From a virus (taxonomy: Duplodnaviria > Caudoviricetes), in IMG/VR virus record IMGVR_UViG_3300037308_000552, positions 1 through 27,274 of that record: DNA of 27,274 nucleotides; one strand, written 5' to 3'. The notes beneath the pieces were generated by a model. The model was not told the DNA's origin and searched no databases. It was given only the letters and a program-made list of their open reading frames with translations. Every line of letters starts with the position of its first letter. Within the stretch, counting starts at the first letter, position 1. Below, piece after piece: positions 1 to 8,114 of the stretch. Made by a program: the position numbers and the translations under genes.

Positions 1-2
1 TG

Positions 3-101
3 CTTTACTCCAATTTGGTCATGACCAACAAAAGAGTTATTCATCCGAAATGGGGTGATTGCCCTATCTCGGCTGAAAGGGTTTACTATGTAGAGATGTA
101 G
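3..101 (+). CDS. 3' end of a gene truncated by the window edge (hypothetical)
   Basis: Open frame LYSNLVMTNKRVIHPKWGDCPISAERVYYVEM* ends at TAG 99-101. It is followed 8 nt later by the same repeat/terminator that follows the stops at 1183 and 2808. Confidence 0.55.
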   Translation, partial: LYSNLVMTNKRVIHPKWGDCPISAERVYYVEM

Positions 102-109
102 AATACTTA

Positions 110-146
110 TCCGCTGGCAGACCGGTCATTGTCTGCTATTTTTTTT
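110..146 (+). terminator. Repeated intrinsic terminator-like element, copy 1
   Basis: TCCGCTGGCAGACCGG-tcatt-GTCTGCTA-T8. TGGCAGAC pairs with GTCTGCTA (one G-U), followed by a U-tract. Confidence 0.8.
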
Positions 147-153
147 CGTAGGA

Positions 154-177
154 ATTCTATATATATTAATGATTGAA
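154..177 (+). promoter_or_regulatory. Conserved AT-rich promoter-like motif (putative early promoter), copy 1
   Basis: ATTCTATATATATTAATGATTGAA, 23/24 identical to 24100-24123. Both lie 40-50 nt upstream of an AGGAGG-preceded ATG. Confidence 0.65.
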
Positions 178-217
178 CATCAACCAATTATTTTAACTCA
201 ACGTTAGGAGGATATTT

Positions 218-1183
218 ATGTTTCTTAATCAAGGATTAAAGTGTTGCGACGAATTTATTGGTCACTGTCAAAAATCCATAAACGACATTGGAAATTTTGA
301 GTTCCCAACAATACAGGATTTTTTAAATGCCAAAAAAGAGAATGAAGATAGGTTAACTTTTTTCAAAGGCATGAGAGAGCGTATCCTAAATTCAACAAAT
401 TTCTATCTTGGGAACTATTCTACTTGGTCTTCTAACATCAAGAAAATGCTGGATGAAAATGAATCTCCATTTTACAAACAAGGATTCAAACTTCCATACC
501 CGATATGTTCATTCAGCTATAGCCTTCTTGATGACTGTGATGTACTTGCAACTGTTATAGACTCGATATTAAATGGTAGTTCTGCATTTGAAATAACTTA
601 TTGTATCAAGAGAAAAGGGGAAGAGTGGTTTCCTCTGGCAATGAGTCATATATATCTACTAGAAAAAACTTCTGAGGAAATCTTTGATGCCAAAACTATA
701 GAAGAGATGGGTGACATTTCTCTGATAAAGAACCCTAAAAAAGCTACTCTCTTGGTAAAACACGCTACTCTAGCCGCTGAAGAGCAGAAGTTTTCATTAC
801 AATGGCATCAAATTATGAAAAATGGGATCTTTGTTATATCAATGGCTCTTAAATTTCTGAGATGCCGGAATGCCTCTACTCAATACATCTACACAACCAA
901 ACAAGAAAAATTCAACAAAATTCCAAAAGAAAGGAGAGAATTATTCAGATACAAAGTATTGAAAGTTATGGTTCCTAAAAGTAGAAAGGTTTATGTTTAT
1001 TCAAACACCCAACCAAAAATGTCAGTAATGCCCGTTCATTTAACTTTGGGGCATGAAAAAGAATATACAGAGGAAAGACCACTGTTTGGTAAATGGGTTG
1101 GGAAATGGTGGTGGCAGGATTTCCTTCGTGGTGACCCAAAGAACGGATTCATTACCAAAGATTATTGTCTTAAGAAAAAATAA
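218..1183 (+). CDS. Hypothetical phage protein
   Basis: 321 aa ORF with AGGAGG RBS. Its C-terminal H..LGH....W.W....RGD...G.I.KDY pattern resembles uncharacterised phage proteins. Confidence 0.85.
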   Translation: MFLNQGLKCCDEFIGHCQKSINDIGNFEFPTIQDFLNAKKENEDRLTFFKGMRERILNSTNFYLGNYSTWSSNIKKMLDENESPFYKQGFKLPYPICSFSYSLLDDCDVLATVIDSILNGSSAFEITYCIKRKGEEWFPLAMSHIYLLEKTSEEIFDAKTIEEMGDISLIKNPKKATLLVKHATLAAEEQKFSLQWHQIMKNGIFVISMALKFLRCRNASTQYIYTTKQEKFNKIPKERRELFRYKVLKVMVPKSRKVYVYSNTQPKMSVMPVHLTLGHEKEYTEERPLFGKWVGKWWWQDFLRGDPKNGFITKDYCLKKK

Positions 1184-1190
1184 CATTTAC

Positions 1191-1232
1191 TCCGCTGGCA
1201 GACCGGACTTGTAGTTGTCTGCTAATTTTTTT
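1191..1232 (+). terminator. Repeated intrinsic terminator-like element, copy 2
   Basis: TCCGCTGGCAGACCGG-acttgtagtt-GTCTGCTA-a-T7, 7 nt after the stop at 1183. Confidence 0.8.
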
Positions 1233-1252
1233 AATTAGAAAGGAAATTTCAT

Positions 1253-1789
1253 ATGAAAAAAGAAAAAATCTCGTTTCAACTATTACAAAAAAATCTAAAA
1301 TTATTAGCAGAAATTATGCGAAGACTTGAGAGTGAAATAGATTATCAAATGGGAATTCCCCCTGCTGGTATAGGAACAATCACAGATGATTGTCACTATT
1401 ATCGAGGAAGTGTTGATAAGGGAAGGTATAGAATTTTCTCTATTGCAGTTGGAGGAGTACTTTATTTTTTAAGAACTAATATTCTATCTTGGTATATTTA
1501 TAAACGAACAGATAATATTGGTCTGGACGTTCAACATTTATGTCAAAATCCTTGGTGTTGTAATCCTAATCATTTAATTTTGGATACACCGCAAAGAAAT
1601 CAAATTGATGCAACAAAGAATAGACATAATAGAAAACCGTCCAATAAATCTCATAAAGTAACTAGTATAACAGTTGAAGAAATAAGACGAAGACATGCTA
1701 ACGGATATAGCGTCAGAGAGTTATCAGAGATGTACGATATATCACCAAGTATGATTTACAGGTACATTACAGGAAAGGCTTTTAAATGA
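1253..1789 (+). CDS. HNH (His-Me finger) endonuclease with C-terminal helix-turn-helix
   Basis: VQHLCQNPWCCNPNHLILDTPQRN matches the H.C.N..C.NP.HL...T...N motif. GYSVRELSEMYDISPSMIYRYI is HTH-like. Confidence 0.8.
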   Translation: MKKEKISFQLLQKNLKLLAEIMRRLESEIDYQMGIPPAGIGTITDDCHYYRGSVDKGRYRIFSIAVGGVLYFLRTNILSWYIYKRTDNIGLDVQHLCQNPWCCNPNHLILDTPQRNQIDATKNRHNRKPSNKSHKVTSITVEEIRRRHANGYSVRELSEMYDISPSMIYRYITGKAFK

Positions 1790-2808
1790 ATAATAAAAAA
1801 GTTCTGTTAAAAAATTATATTACTAACCAATCTATTATTAGATTAAAACAACAATTTAATGCTGAAAATATGGATGATAAACCATTTAGTAAACAATTTA
1901 AATTTATAGAATATATTCCTAATTTTCCAGTTGAAGAGTTATTAAGTATTGAAGTCCCAAAATATCAGAGAGATATACAATTTCATAGACTTAATAATAT
2001 TTGTACAAAAATGTACTCTTATGGGTATGATAATTCTCGCCCCATAATGATTAGTGTAAACAAAGATATTATGTTTTCTCATGATGGAAGTCATAGAGCT
2101 TTATGTGCTTATATTCTAGGTTTAAAAACAGTCCCAGTTATTTTAGCAGAATTTAAAGATATTAAACATGCAGCTGATCATTTTGCTGGTATAAATAGAC
2201 CAGAGGGAGGGTCATTATTGCCAAAAGAAAGAATAAATTCAGATTATATGTGTGGATACCCATATGCAAAGTTAGTATATAAATTATCCATAGATACAAA
2301 TAGCTTATTTAAAAATTATGTTGATCTAAAAGGAACCCCTAAAAAACTAGCATCAAATAGAATTACAATGCCTGGTTTTTTAAAAGTATTTAACTGGGTT
2401 GTACTAGAATATAGAAGAAGATGGGAACAAGATATTAATCGTCGTTTAAATGATATTGCTGACAAACTAACATATAGTCAAGCATTAGAAGCAATAAATG
2501 AATTTGGAGATTGGTTTTTTGAAATTTCTGGTAGAAAAACTTCTCCAACTAACAATACTGCATTCTTACATAAAGATAAAGGATTGACTTCTCTGCTTCA
2601 GTTCTGGTTTGTTATGAAAAAATCAACCGAAAGATATAACTATAATTTTGAAGATTTAAAAGAATCAACAATTGCTTTTTTAAAGTTATATCCTTGGTTA
2701 ACAAGTGCTGCTGTGGTTGATATTTCTCAACTTCCTTCTCAACTTATTTCAGGTTACAATTCATTAAAGATGCAGTTTCTTGATTCTACCTTCTTAAACT
2801 TAAAATAA
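1786..2808 (+). CDS. ParB/Srx-fold (DGQHR-like) domain protein
   Basis: YQR (VPKYQRDI), RPIMIS, DGSHR and LGLKTVPV motifs of ParB-like N-terminal domains. ATGA overlap with the upstream HNH gene. Confidence 0.7.
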   Translation: MNNKKVLLKNYITNQSIIRLKQQFNAENMDDKPFSKQFKFIEYIPNFPVEELLSIEVPKYQRDIQFHRLNNICTKMYSYGYDNSRPIMISVNKDIMFSHDGSHRALCAYILGLKTVPVILAEFKDIKHAADHFAGINRPEGGSLLPKERINSDYMCGYPYAKLVYKLSIDTNSLFKNYVDLKGTPKKLASNRITMPGFLKVFNWVVLEYRRRWEQDINRRLNDIADKLTYSQALEAINEFGDWFFEISGRKTSPTNNTAFLHKDKGLTSLLQFWFVMKKSTERYNYNFEDLKESTIAFLKLYPWLTSAAVVDISQLPSQLISGYNSLKMQFLDSTFLNLK

Positions 2809-2814
2809 AATAAC

Positions 2815-2856
2815 TCCGCTGGCAGACCGGATTGTTTCACGTCTGCCAATTTTTTT
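2815..2856 (+). terminator. Repeated intrinsic terminator-like element, copy 3
   Basis: TCCGCTGGCAGACCGG-attgtttcac-GTCTGCCA-a-T7, with a perfect 8-bp stem, 6 nt after the stop at 2808. Confidence 0.8.
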
Positions 2857-2913
2857 ATTTAGAACTTTGAATTTTCATTAAGAACAAAAGGAAAATGTTT
2901 TGAAAGGAATTTT

Positions 2914-3537
2914 ATGATGCCATCTTATGAAGAATTTTCAGAATGTTCAGCATGTGGTTTTGACAGGAATGGATTAAAACCAAAGAACTTGCCCCCACCA
3001 GTACCAGTTCCTTGTGATATTAAAACCAAACCAGTTATTCATTCAATAGGAAAACTAAGAGATGAATTTAATGAAAAAGATCTAAAAGAAAGAGCTCATG
3101 ATAATGATTGGGGAAATAAAACTTCTCTTGAAACTCACATTGAAGGAGCTTTCGGAGAATACGCTTATGAAGTTCTTACTGGAGCTCCAATGGATAAAAG
3201 TATTGGAAGACGCAATCCTTATGATTTTAAACATGGAGATCTTGAAGTAGACGTAAAATGTTCTAAAAATGGGAATTATGTTTATGTGAAAAAACGAAGA
3301 TTAAAAGGGCATGAACATGATAATTATGCTTATGTAGCTGTTAAAGGTGACCCAGACACTTATAATGCAGAATTTACAGGGTGGATTACTGGAAAAGAAT
3401 TTTCTAATTTAGGCACAGAATATCCTAATAATCCAGATACTTTAAGTGTTCCAGTAAGTAGTTTACACCCAATGAGCGAATTATATGATAAACTCAAGAA
3501 GGGCGGACATTTAAATGGACAAGGGGTTTGGAAATGA
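2914..3537 (+). CDS. PD-(D/E)XK restriction-endonuclease-fold protein
   Basis: GAFGEYAY ... PYDF ... EVDVK fits the E...D...(D/E)xK catalytic pattern. N-terminal CxxC. Confidence 0.6.
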   Translation: MMPSYEEFSECSACGFDRNGLKPKNLPPPVPVPCDIKTKPVIHSIGKLRDEFNEKDLKERAHDNDWGNKTSLETHIEGAFGEYAYEVLTGAPMDKSIGRRNPYDFKHGDLEVDVKCSKNGNYVYVKKRRLKGHEHDNYAYVAVKGDPDTYNAEFTGWITGKEFSNLGTEYPNNPDTLSVPVSSLHPMSELYDKLKKGGHLNGQGVWK

Positions 3538-3728
3538 GCTTACTCCCAATAAATCAAGTACTCCTTTTAAAAGAAGAACAAGAACTATGCGCTCAAATTG
3601 ATATACGAAGAAAACTTATTTCGGAAATGGTAGGAAAACTATATCCTTTAATATTGGAAGACGAAATTGATAAGATATATAACAGAATTGATTGGTTGAG
3701 ATATCCAGTTGGAAATTTTGAGATATAG
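3528..3728 (+). CDS. Small hypothetical protein
   Basis: 66 aa ORF overlapping the upstream stop and ending just before a terminator. The true start may be the ATG at 3534. Confidence 0.6.
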   Translation: MEMSLLPINQVLLLKEEQELCAQIDIRRKLISEMVGKLYPLILEDEIDKIYNRIDWLRYPVGNFEI

Positions 3729-3731
3729 CGG

Positions 3732-3776
3732 AAAAATAACCCTGAGCTGATTTCTCAAACTCAGGGTTATTTTTTT
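3732..3776. terminator. Bidirectional intrinsic terminator between convergent genes
   Basis: Perfect 15-bp inverted repeat AAAAATAACCCTGAG (3732-3746) / CTCAGGGTTATTTTT (3760-3774), with A- and T-tracts at its ends. Confidence 0.9.
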
Positions 3777-3792
3777 GTCGATGAACTATAAC

Positions 3793-5244
3793 TTATGCAC
3801 CAATTGACAATGCAGCAATACCTGCGCTTCTTACTAGAGCTGTTGCATATCTAGAAAGAATTGTCAAGGTTGGTGTATAGGTCAAAGGATACGGATGAAG
3901 GACAGCTGGGACGTATGGAGCATAGAAATAAACGCTCTTTAGTTCTTCAGCTGGCTTATACACGATTACCATTGTGCCTTGTGGTACGATGGCAGATGTC
4001 AAAATCTTCCACTTGCCACCTGCAACTGTTGCACTTCTGTAACCTAGATCACCGTCTACTGAGCTGGTTCCAGTGTAGTTGAATGTTTGCAAGTCTTCTA
4101 GAATAGCTGCATCTAGAGGGTTGCAAGCTACAGTGTTAGCAGCTTCAATGTTGGTGTCTGCATATACTTGTGCTGATAGGGTATTCAATACTGGGATGAT
4201 ATTTTCATGCCAATACTTAGTTCCCCAAGTATATGTTACAGGGGGTGTCTTATTGAATGACCCTAGGTGAGTAACATCATTCAATCTTGTGTTAGCTGTG
4301 ATCAATGAATTGATTAGTTCTCTGTCAATATCTAGAGCAACTTGTTGACCTAGAATATTAACAATTTCAGCTTGCATTGAAACATCAAATAGAGCTCTCA
4401 TGTCTTGCTCCATGTTAATGGTCCAATTTGCTGAAATTTGTCTGTCTCTAGCATATAGACGAATCTTGTCTACACTGATAGTGACCTTTGGATTGATTCT
4501 GTTTTCTTCTAGTGAAGTTGTTACTTGATAACGAATATAAGTAACAACACCAGCTGTACTAGAAACATCGACCAAACCCTTTAGATAATCAACTTTTCCT
4601 GAAATAACATCTGTTGCCATTCCGATTGTTACTGATGAAGAAAAGTGACCTTCAACAGCAGGAACAATTGAAACGTCTGTCCATGCAGTACCATCTGTTG
4701 AAACTCCAGTGATCTCGAAATCTCTTTCTAGATGTGCTTGAACACTTGTTAGACCAGCAGTAGCTAGAACGTCATACCCTGTGCTTGGAACTGGTAGTGA
4801 AGCTGCAACTGGGGTTCCAAATGCTACACCTCTTGAAATATCTGTTTGAGTAACAGGTGCATCATAAGGGGTGTTGCTGTTTGATGGTGAAAATGTTGCT
4901 TTAATGAATGCTTTTACTGTTTCTGGTTTATCCATTGGTGAAACAGTTACTAGTTCTTTTGCAATCAACTTTGGATAGAATACACGTAGAATAGGAAGTG
5001 TCAATGTTTCGTATGGGTTAATTTGAAACATTGAGTTTTCCAATAGGTTGATTCTTGTGTTTTCTGCTAGTTGAACAAAGTTTTTACGATCTGCCTTGTT
5101 CTCAATTGATTCAGCCAAACCTGAAACGTAAGCATCAAAAGCAGCATCATCTACTAGGACTGCCTTCAAGTTGCCTGGTTTTGAAGGGTCAATACCACTA
5201 ACTTTCTTAGTGGTTCTGTAGACTTCTGTAAGTAGTTCCTTCAT
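3793..5244 (-). CDS. Major capsid protein, T4 gp23-like
   Basis: EQDMRALFDVSMQAEIVNILGQQVALDIDRELI and YFYAPYVP match gp23-family motifs. Strong AAGGAGG RBS; lies in a module with protease and portal. Confidence 0.92.
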   Translation of the reverse strand: MKELLTEVYRTTKKVSGIDPSKPGNLKAVLVDDAAFDAYVSGLAESIENKADRKNFVQLAENTRINLLENSMFQINPYETLTLPILRVFYPKLIAKELVTVSPMDKPETVKAFIKATFSPSNSNTPYDAPVTQTDISRGVAFGTPVAASLPVPSTGYDVLATAGLTSVQAHLERDFEITGVSTDGTAWTDVSIVPAVEGHFSSSVTIGMATDVISGKVDYLKGLVDVSSTAGVVTYIRYQVTTSLEENRINPKVTISVDKIRLYARDRQISANWTINMEQDMRALFDVSMQAEIVNILGQQVALDIDRELINSLITANTRLNDVTHLGSFNKTPPVTYTWGTKYWHENIIPVLNTLSAQVYADTNIEAANTVACNPLDAAILEDLQTFNYTGTSSVDGDLGYRSATVAGGKWKILTSAIVPQGTMVIVYKPAEELKSVYFYAPYVPAVLHPYPLTYTPTLTILSRYATALVRSAGIAALSIGA

Positions 5245-5315
5245 TTTTATATTTCCTCCTTATAGGACATGTTTAATATTGCCAAATGTGGTGTACAGTC
5301 GGCATAAATTTATAT

Positions 5316-5325
5316 TTTGTTCTAA
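5316..5325 (-). promoter_or_regulatory. TTRGAACAAA promoter-like motif upstream of the capsid gene
   Basis: TTAGAACAAA on the minus strand. The same 10-mer recurs in four other intergenic gaps. Confidence 0.6.
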
Positions 5326-5365
5326 AGTAAAAACAGAACTAGTATATTAAATAAAATATTATTTT

Positions 5366-5402
5366 TAAGAAACTAACTTATAACATATTAGTTAGTTTCT
5401 TA
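5366..5402. repeat. 13-bp perfect inverted repeat in a divergent intergenic region
   Basis: TAAGAAACTAACT (5366-5378) / AGTTAGTTTCTTA (5390-5402), 11-nt spacer. Confidence 0.85.
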
Positions 5403-5426
5403 CTATTTAGTTTAATTCTTATAAAT

Positions 5427-5436
5427 TTGGAACAAA
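5427..5436 (+). promoter_or_regulatory. TTRGAACAAA promoter-like motif upstream of the HNH gene
   Basis: TTGGAACAAA, 18 nt before the ATG at 5455. Confidence 0.55.
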
Positions 5437-5454
5437 AAAATAAAAGGAAATTAA

Positions 5455-6768
5455 ATGAAAGAAGGCATTTTTGATAAAATTATCCCTGATCCAGAATATA
5501 AATATAATGAAATTAGTGAAAATGATGAAAATATTAAATTATGTGATTTTTGCTATTCTAGAAGAGCAACTACATATATAAAATCTATGGATAAGTGGTG
5601 CTGTGGGTATTTACCTAGCAGATGCCCTTCTAGAATTTTTTTCTGTAGTGATAAAAAACCTGAGCCTGGTCAAATAGAAGAAAATGGAGTAATTTTTTAT
5701 CCTAACGATGATAACGAATTATGTGATCATTGTCAAGAGAAAAAAGGAGTATATTTTAAAGGTGGTTTTTGGAGTTGTGATAAAGTACCAGGAAAATGTT
5801 TAAAAAGCAGAAAAACTAATGATTATAAACTTATTAAACAATTAGTAGGGCACTCTCTCTTTTGTGATTATGGTTGTGGAAAAATAGCAAAATATATAAA
5901 CTTTACTTTTGGATCAGTTTGTTGTTCTAAATTTCACAAAGAGTGTGAAACATATTCTAAAAAAGTTCGAAATATGAAAAAAGAAAAATATTACAAAGAG
6001 TGTAACGAAGGTCTTCATAAAACACTACCAAATAATTTATGCTTATGTGGTTGTGGTGAGTATACTAAATCATATAAGTCTAAGTGGGTTCGGGGTCACC
6101 ACGCAAAAGGAAAACCTTCTTGGAATGCTGGAAAGAAAAGACCAGACCACAGCAAGAAATTATTAGAACGAGCACATCATTTTAGGGGAAAACATAATTT
6201 ACCAATGCATAAGGCTAGAAGATACACCATAGAAACTATAAAAGAAAAATATCCTCTATTTTCTAAACTAGAAGAAATGAGATATGAAAAAGGCAGTGAT
6301 TATAAAATTCAAGTTCATTGTAAAAATAACAAATGTAAAAATAGTAAAGAAAACGGAGGTTGGTTTACTCCCTCTAAACACTATTTCTCTCTAAGAATAA
6401 GAATGATAGAAAAATTTGATAGTGATTCTTTTTATTTTTATTGTTCAGAAGAATGTAAAAAAGAGTGTTCCCTTTTCAATATTAATAGCGACATTTTAGC
6501 TAGATCTTATTTCAAAGAAAATAAAGAGAGTTGGTATACTCAAGAAGAATATATTACATGGAGAAAAGAAGTATTTAGTAGAGCAAATTATATTTGTGAA
6601 ATTTGTGGGGAACCCGCTGAGAATGCACACCATATTAAACCAAGAAAACTAGAACCATTTTTTTCTTTAGATCCAGATTATGGACTCGCTCTATGTAAAA
6701 AATGTCACTATGAACGAGCCCATATTGATGAATGTTCTACTAGATCTTTAGCATACAAAAAATGTTAA
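5455..6768 (+). CDS. Cys-rich HNH endonuclease (homing-endonuclease-like)
   Basis: C-terminal HNH ICEICG...AHHIKP...GLALCKKCH, three N-terminal Cys repeats, and a CLCGCGE..WVRGHH module. Opposite strand to the surrounding head genes. Confidence 0.8.
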   Translation: MKEGIFDKIIPDPEYKYNEISENDENIKLCDFCYSRRATTYIKSMDKWCCGYLPSRCPSRIFFCSDKKPEPGQIEENGVIFYPNDDNELCDHCQEKKGVYFKGGFWSCDKVPGKCLKSRKTNDYKLIKQLVGHSLFCDYGCGKIAKYINFTFGSVCCSKFHKECETYSKKVRNMKKEKYYKECNEGLHKTLPNNLCLCGCGEYTKSYKSKWVRGHHAKGKPSWNAGKKRPDHSKKLLERAHHFRGKHNLPMHKARRYTIETIKEKYPLFSKLEEMRYEKGSDYKIQVHCKNNKCKNSKENGGWFTPSKHYFSLRIRMIEKFDSDSFYFYCSEECKKECSLFNINSDILARSYFKENKESWYTQEEYITWRKEVFSRANYICEICGEPAENAHHIKPRKLEPFFSLDPDYGLALCKKCHYERAHIDECSTRSLAYKKC

Positions 6769-7181
6769 GATTTAGAAAACCTTTTATTTAATACATCCAT
6801 AGTTCTTGTTAATTGCATATCAAGTTTATCTTCTGGTAATTTATCTAATATTTTCAATAGAATAACTGTTTCATGTCTTAATTGACTGTCATTTATTAAA
6901 CCAGATTCAACTAACTTTGAGATTCTATCTAAAATTTTTGATACCTTTTTCTTTCGATTATAGTCCTTAATTAATGTCTCAATTTGTTCTTTTTCAGCAG
7001 TAATTGTTCTTTTTGAAAGTTTAAAATCATCTTTTAACTTCTTTTTATAATTTATTTTGTTTGCATATTCTTCATCTAATAGTGGGGATATATTACTAAT
7101 AATATTTTGAGCTAATATAACTTTTGTTTGATCAATACTTTTATCATTTACATCTGGTATTGTAGTTTCATGAACTATCAT
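6765..7181 (-). CDS. Hypothetical protein
   Basis: 138 aa ORF translationally coupled in the minus-strand head module. Confidence 0.75.
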   Translation of the reverse strand: MIVHETTIPDVNDKSIDQTKVILAQNIISNISPLLDEEYANKINYKKKLKDDFKLSKRTITAEKEQIETLIKDYNRKKKVSKILDRISKLVESGLINDSQLRHETVILLKILDKLPEDKLDMQLTRTMDVLNKRFSKS

Positions 7182-7468
7182 ATTTCACTTCCTAGTTTTT
7201 CTAGTACAGAAGATTTAAGTTCATAGTTTTGTTCATCTAATAATTTAACTTTTCGTTCCATTTCTTTTCTATACTTATCTGCATTTATAATTATATTCTT
7301 ATTTTTTTCTAACTTTTCTTCAAGTTCTTTTATTTCAGTATTAATTGGTTCAGTTCTTTCATTAACTTTAAATATAGGATCTTTTTTACATACTGCAAAG
7401 ATTCTATCGAAAACACTTCTCCAATTTTCTTTTTTAAATATATTCTCATTTTCAAGAATTACTTTCAT
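7178..7468 (-). CDS. Hypothetical coiled-coil protein
   Basis: 96 aa ORF with AAGGAG RBS, K/E-rich. Confidence 0.75.
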   Translation of the reverse strand: MKVILENENIFKKENWRSVFDRIFAVCKKDPIFKVNERTEPINTEIKELEEKLEKNKNIIINADKYRKEMERKVKLLDEQNYELKSSVLEKLGSEI

Positions 7469-7480
7469 ATTACTCCTTCC

Positions 7481-8101
7481 TTACTTTTTAATACCCTCAC
7501 CTGCAAAAACAATTCCTTTCCAAAAATAGTATATAGATGCAATATAAAGGCCAATAAATGCTATCAAATTTTTTATAATTACAAGTGGCTTATCTGAAAG
7601 AGCACTCCACAAATAGTCAGTTGTCTGCCCTGCTGTAATAACCGCTTTTTCCATTTGTGTGATGTTAGTTTTTCTAGTTGTTTGTATTCCTGTTTTTATT
7701 TCTTTAATTATTGCTGTTGTGTTATCAATGATAGACTCTTTATTTTTCATTGTTCTTATAATACATGCAATAAGACAAGCTACACTAATAGGTAAAATTA
7801 GTGTAGCTGGAACTCCTACAAGAATACTTCCTAAAGCTCTTTTTAACATTACTCTAGATGTTGTCACATTATCTTTTTCAATATTATTATCTTTTGCTAA
7901 ATTATTAACAGACTCTTCCATTTTATCTTCTGGAATTTTCTTTATTCTACCACTATAATTTTGTAAAAATGTTTTAACATTTTCAGGTTTCATACTTTTT
8001 ATATTTGTTAGAATATCTTTTAAAGCTGCTGGGGTAACTCCTTCAACTAGAAAATTTTCATCTGTAATGGATAAAAGATATGTATCTATAGTAATATTCA
8101 T
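7481..8101 (-). CDS. Hypothetical protein with two hydrophobic segments
   Basis: 206 aa, GAGG RBS. Hydrophobic stretches ILVGVPATLILPISVACLIACII and LIAFIGLYIASIYYFW. Confidence 0.75.
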   Translation of the reverse strand: MNITIDTYLLSITDENFLVEGVTPAALKDILTNIKSMKPENVKTFLQNYSGRIKKIPEDKMEESVNNLAKDNNIEKDNVTTSRVMLKRALGSILVGVPATLILPISVACLIACIIRTMKNKESIIDNTTAIIKEIKTGIQTTRKTNITQMEKAVITAGQTTDYLWSALSDKPLVIIKNLIAFIGLYIASIYYFWKGIVFAGEGIKK

Positions 8102-8114
8102 AATCTTAATCCTC

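Noticed and set aside
110-2856. CRISPR array or integron attC sites as the explanation for the triple repeat
   Set aside because: Copies are 1.1-1.6 kb apart with whole genes between them. No GTTRRRY/RYYYAAC ends and no cas or integrase gene are visible.
5245-5454. tRNA or other structured RNA gene in the largest intergenic gap
   Set aside because: No cloverleaf or T-loop motif. The gap is explained by promoter motifs and two hairpins.
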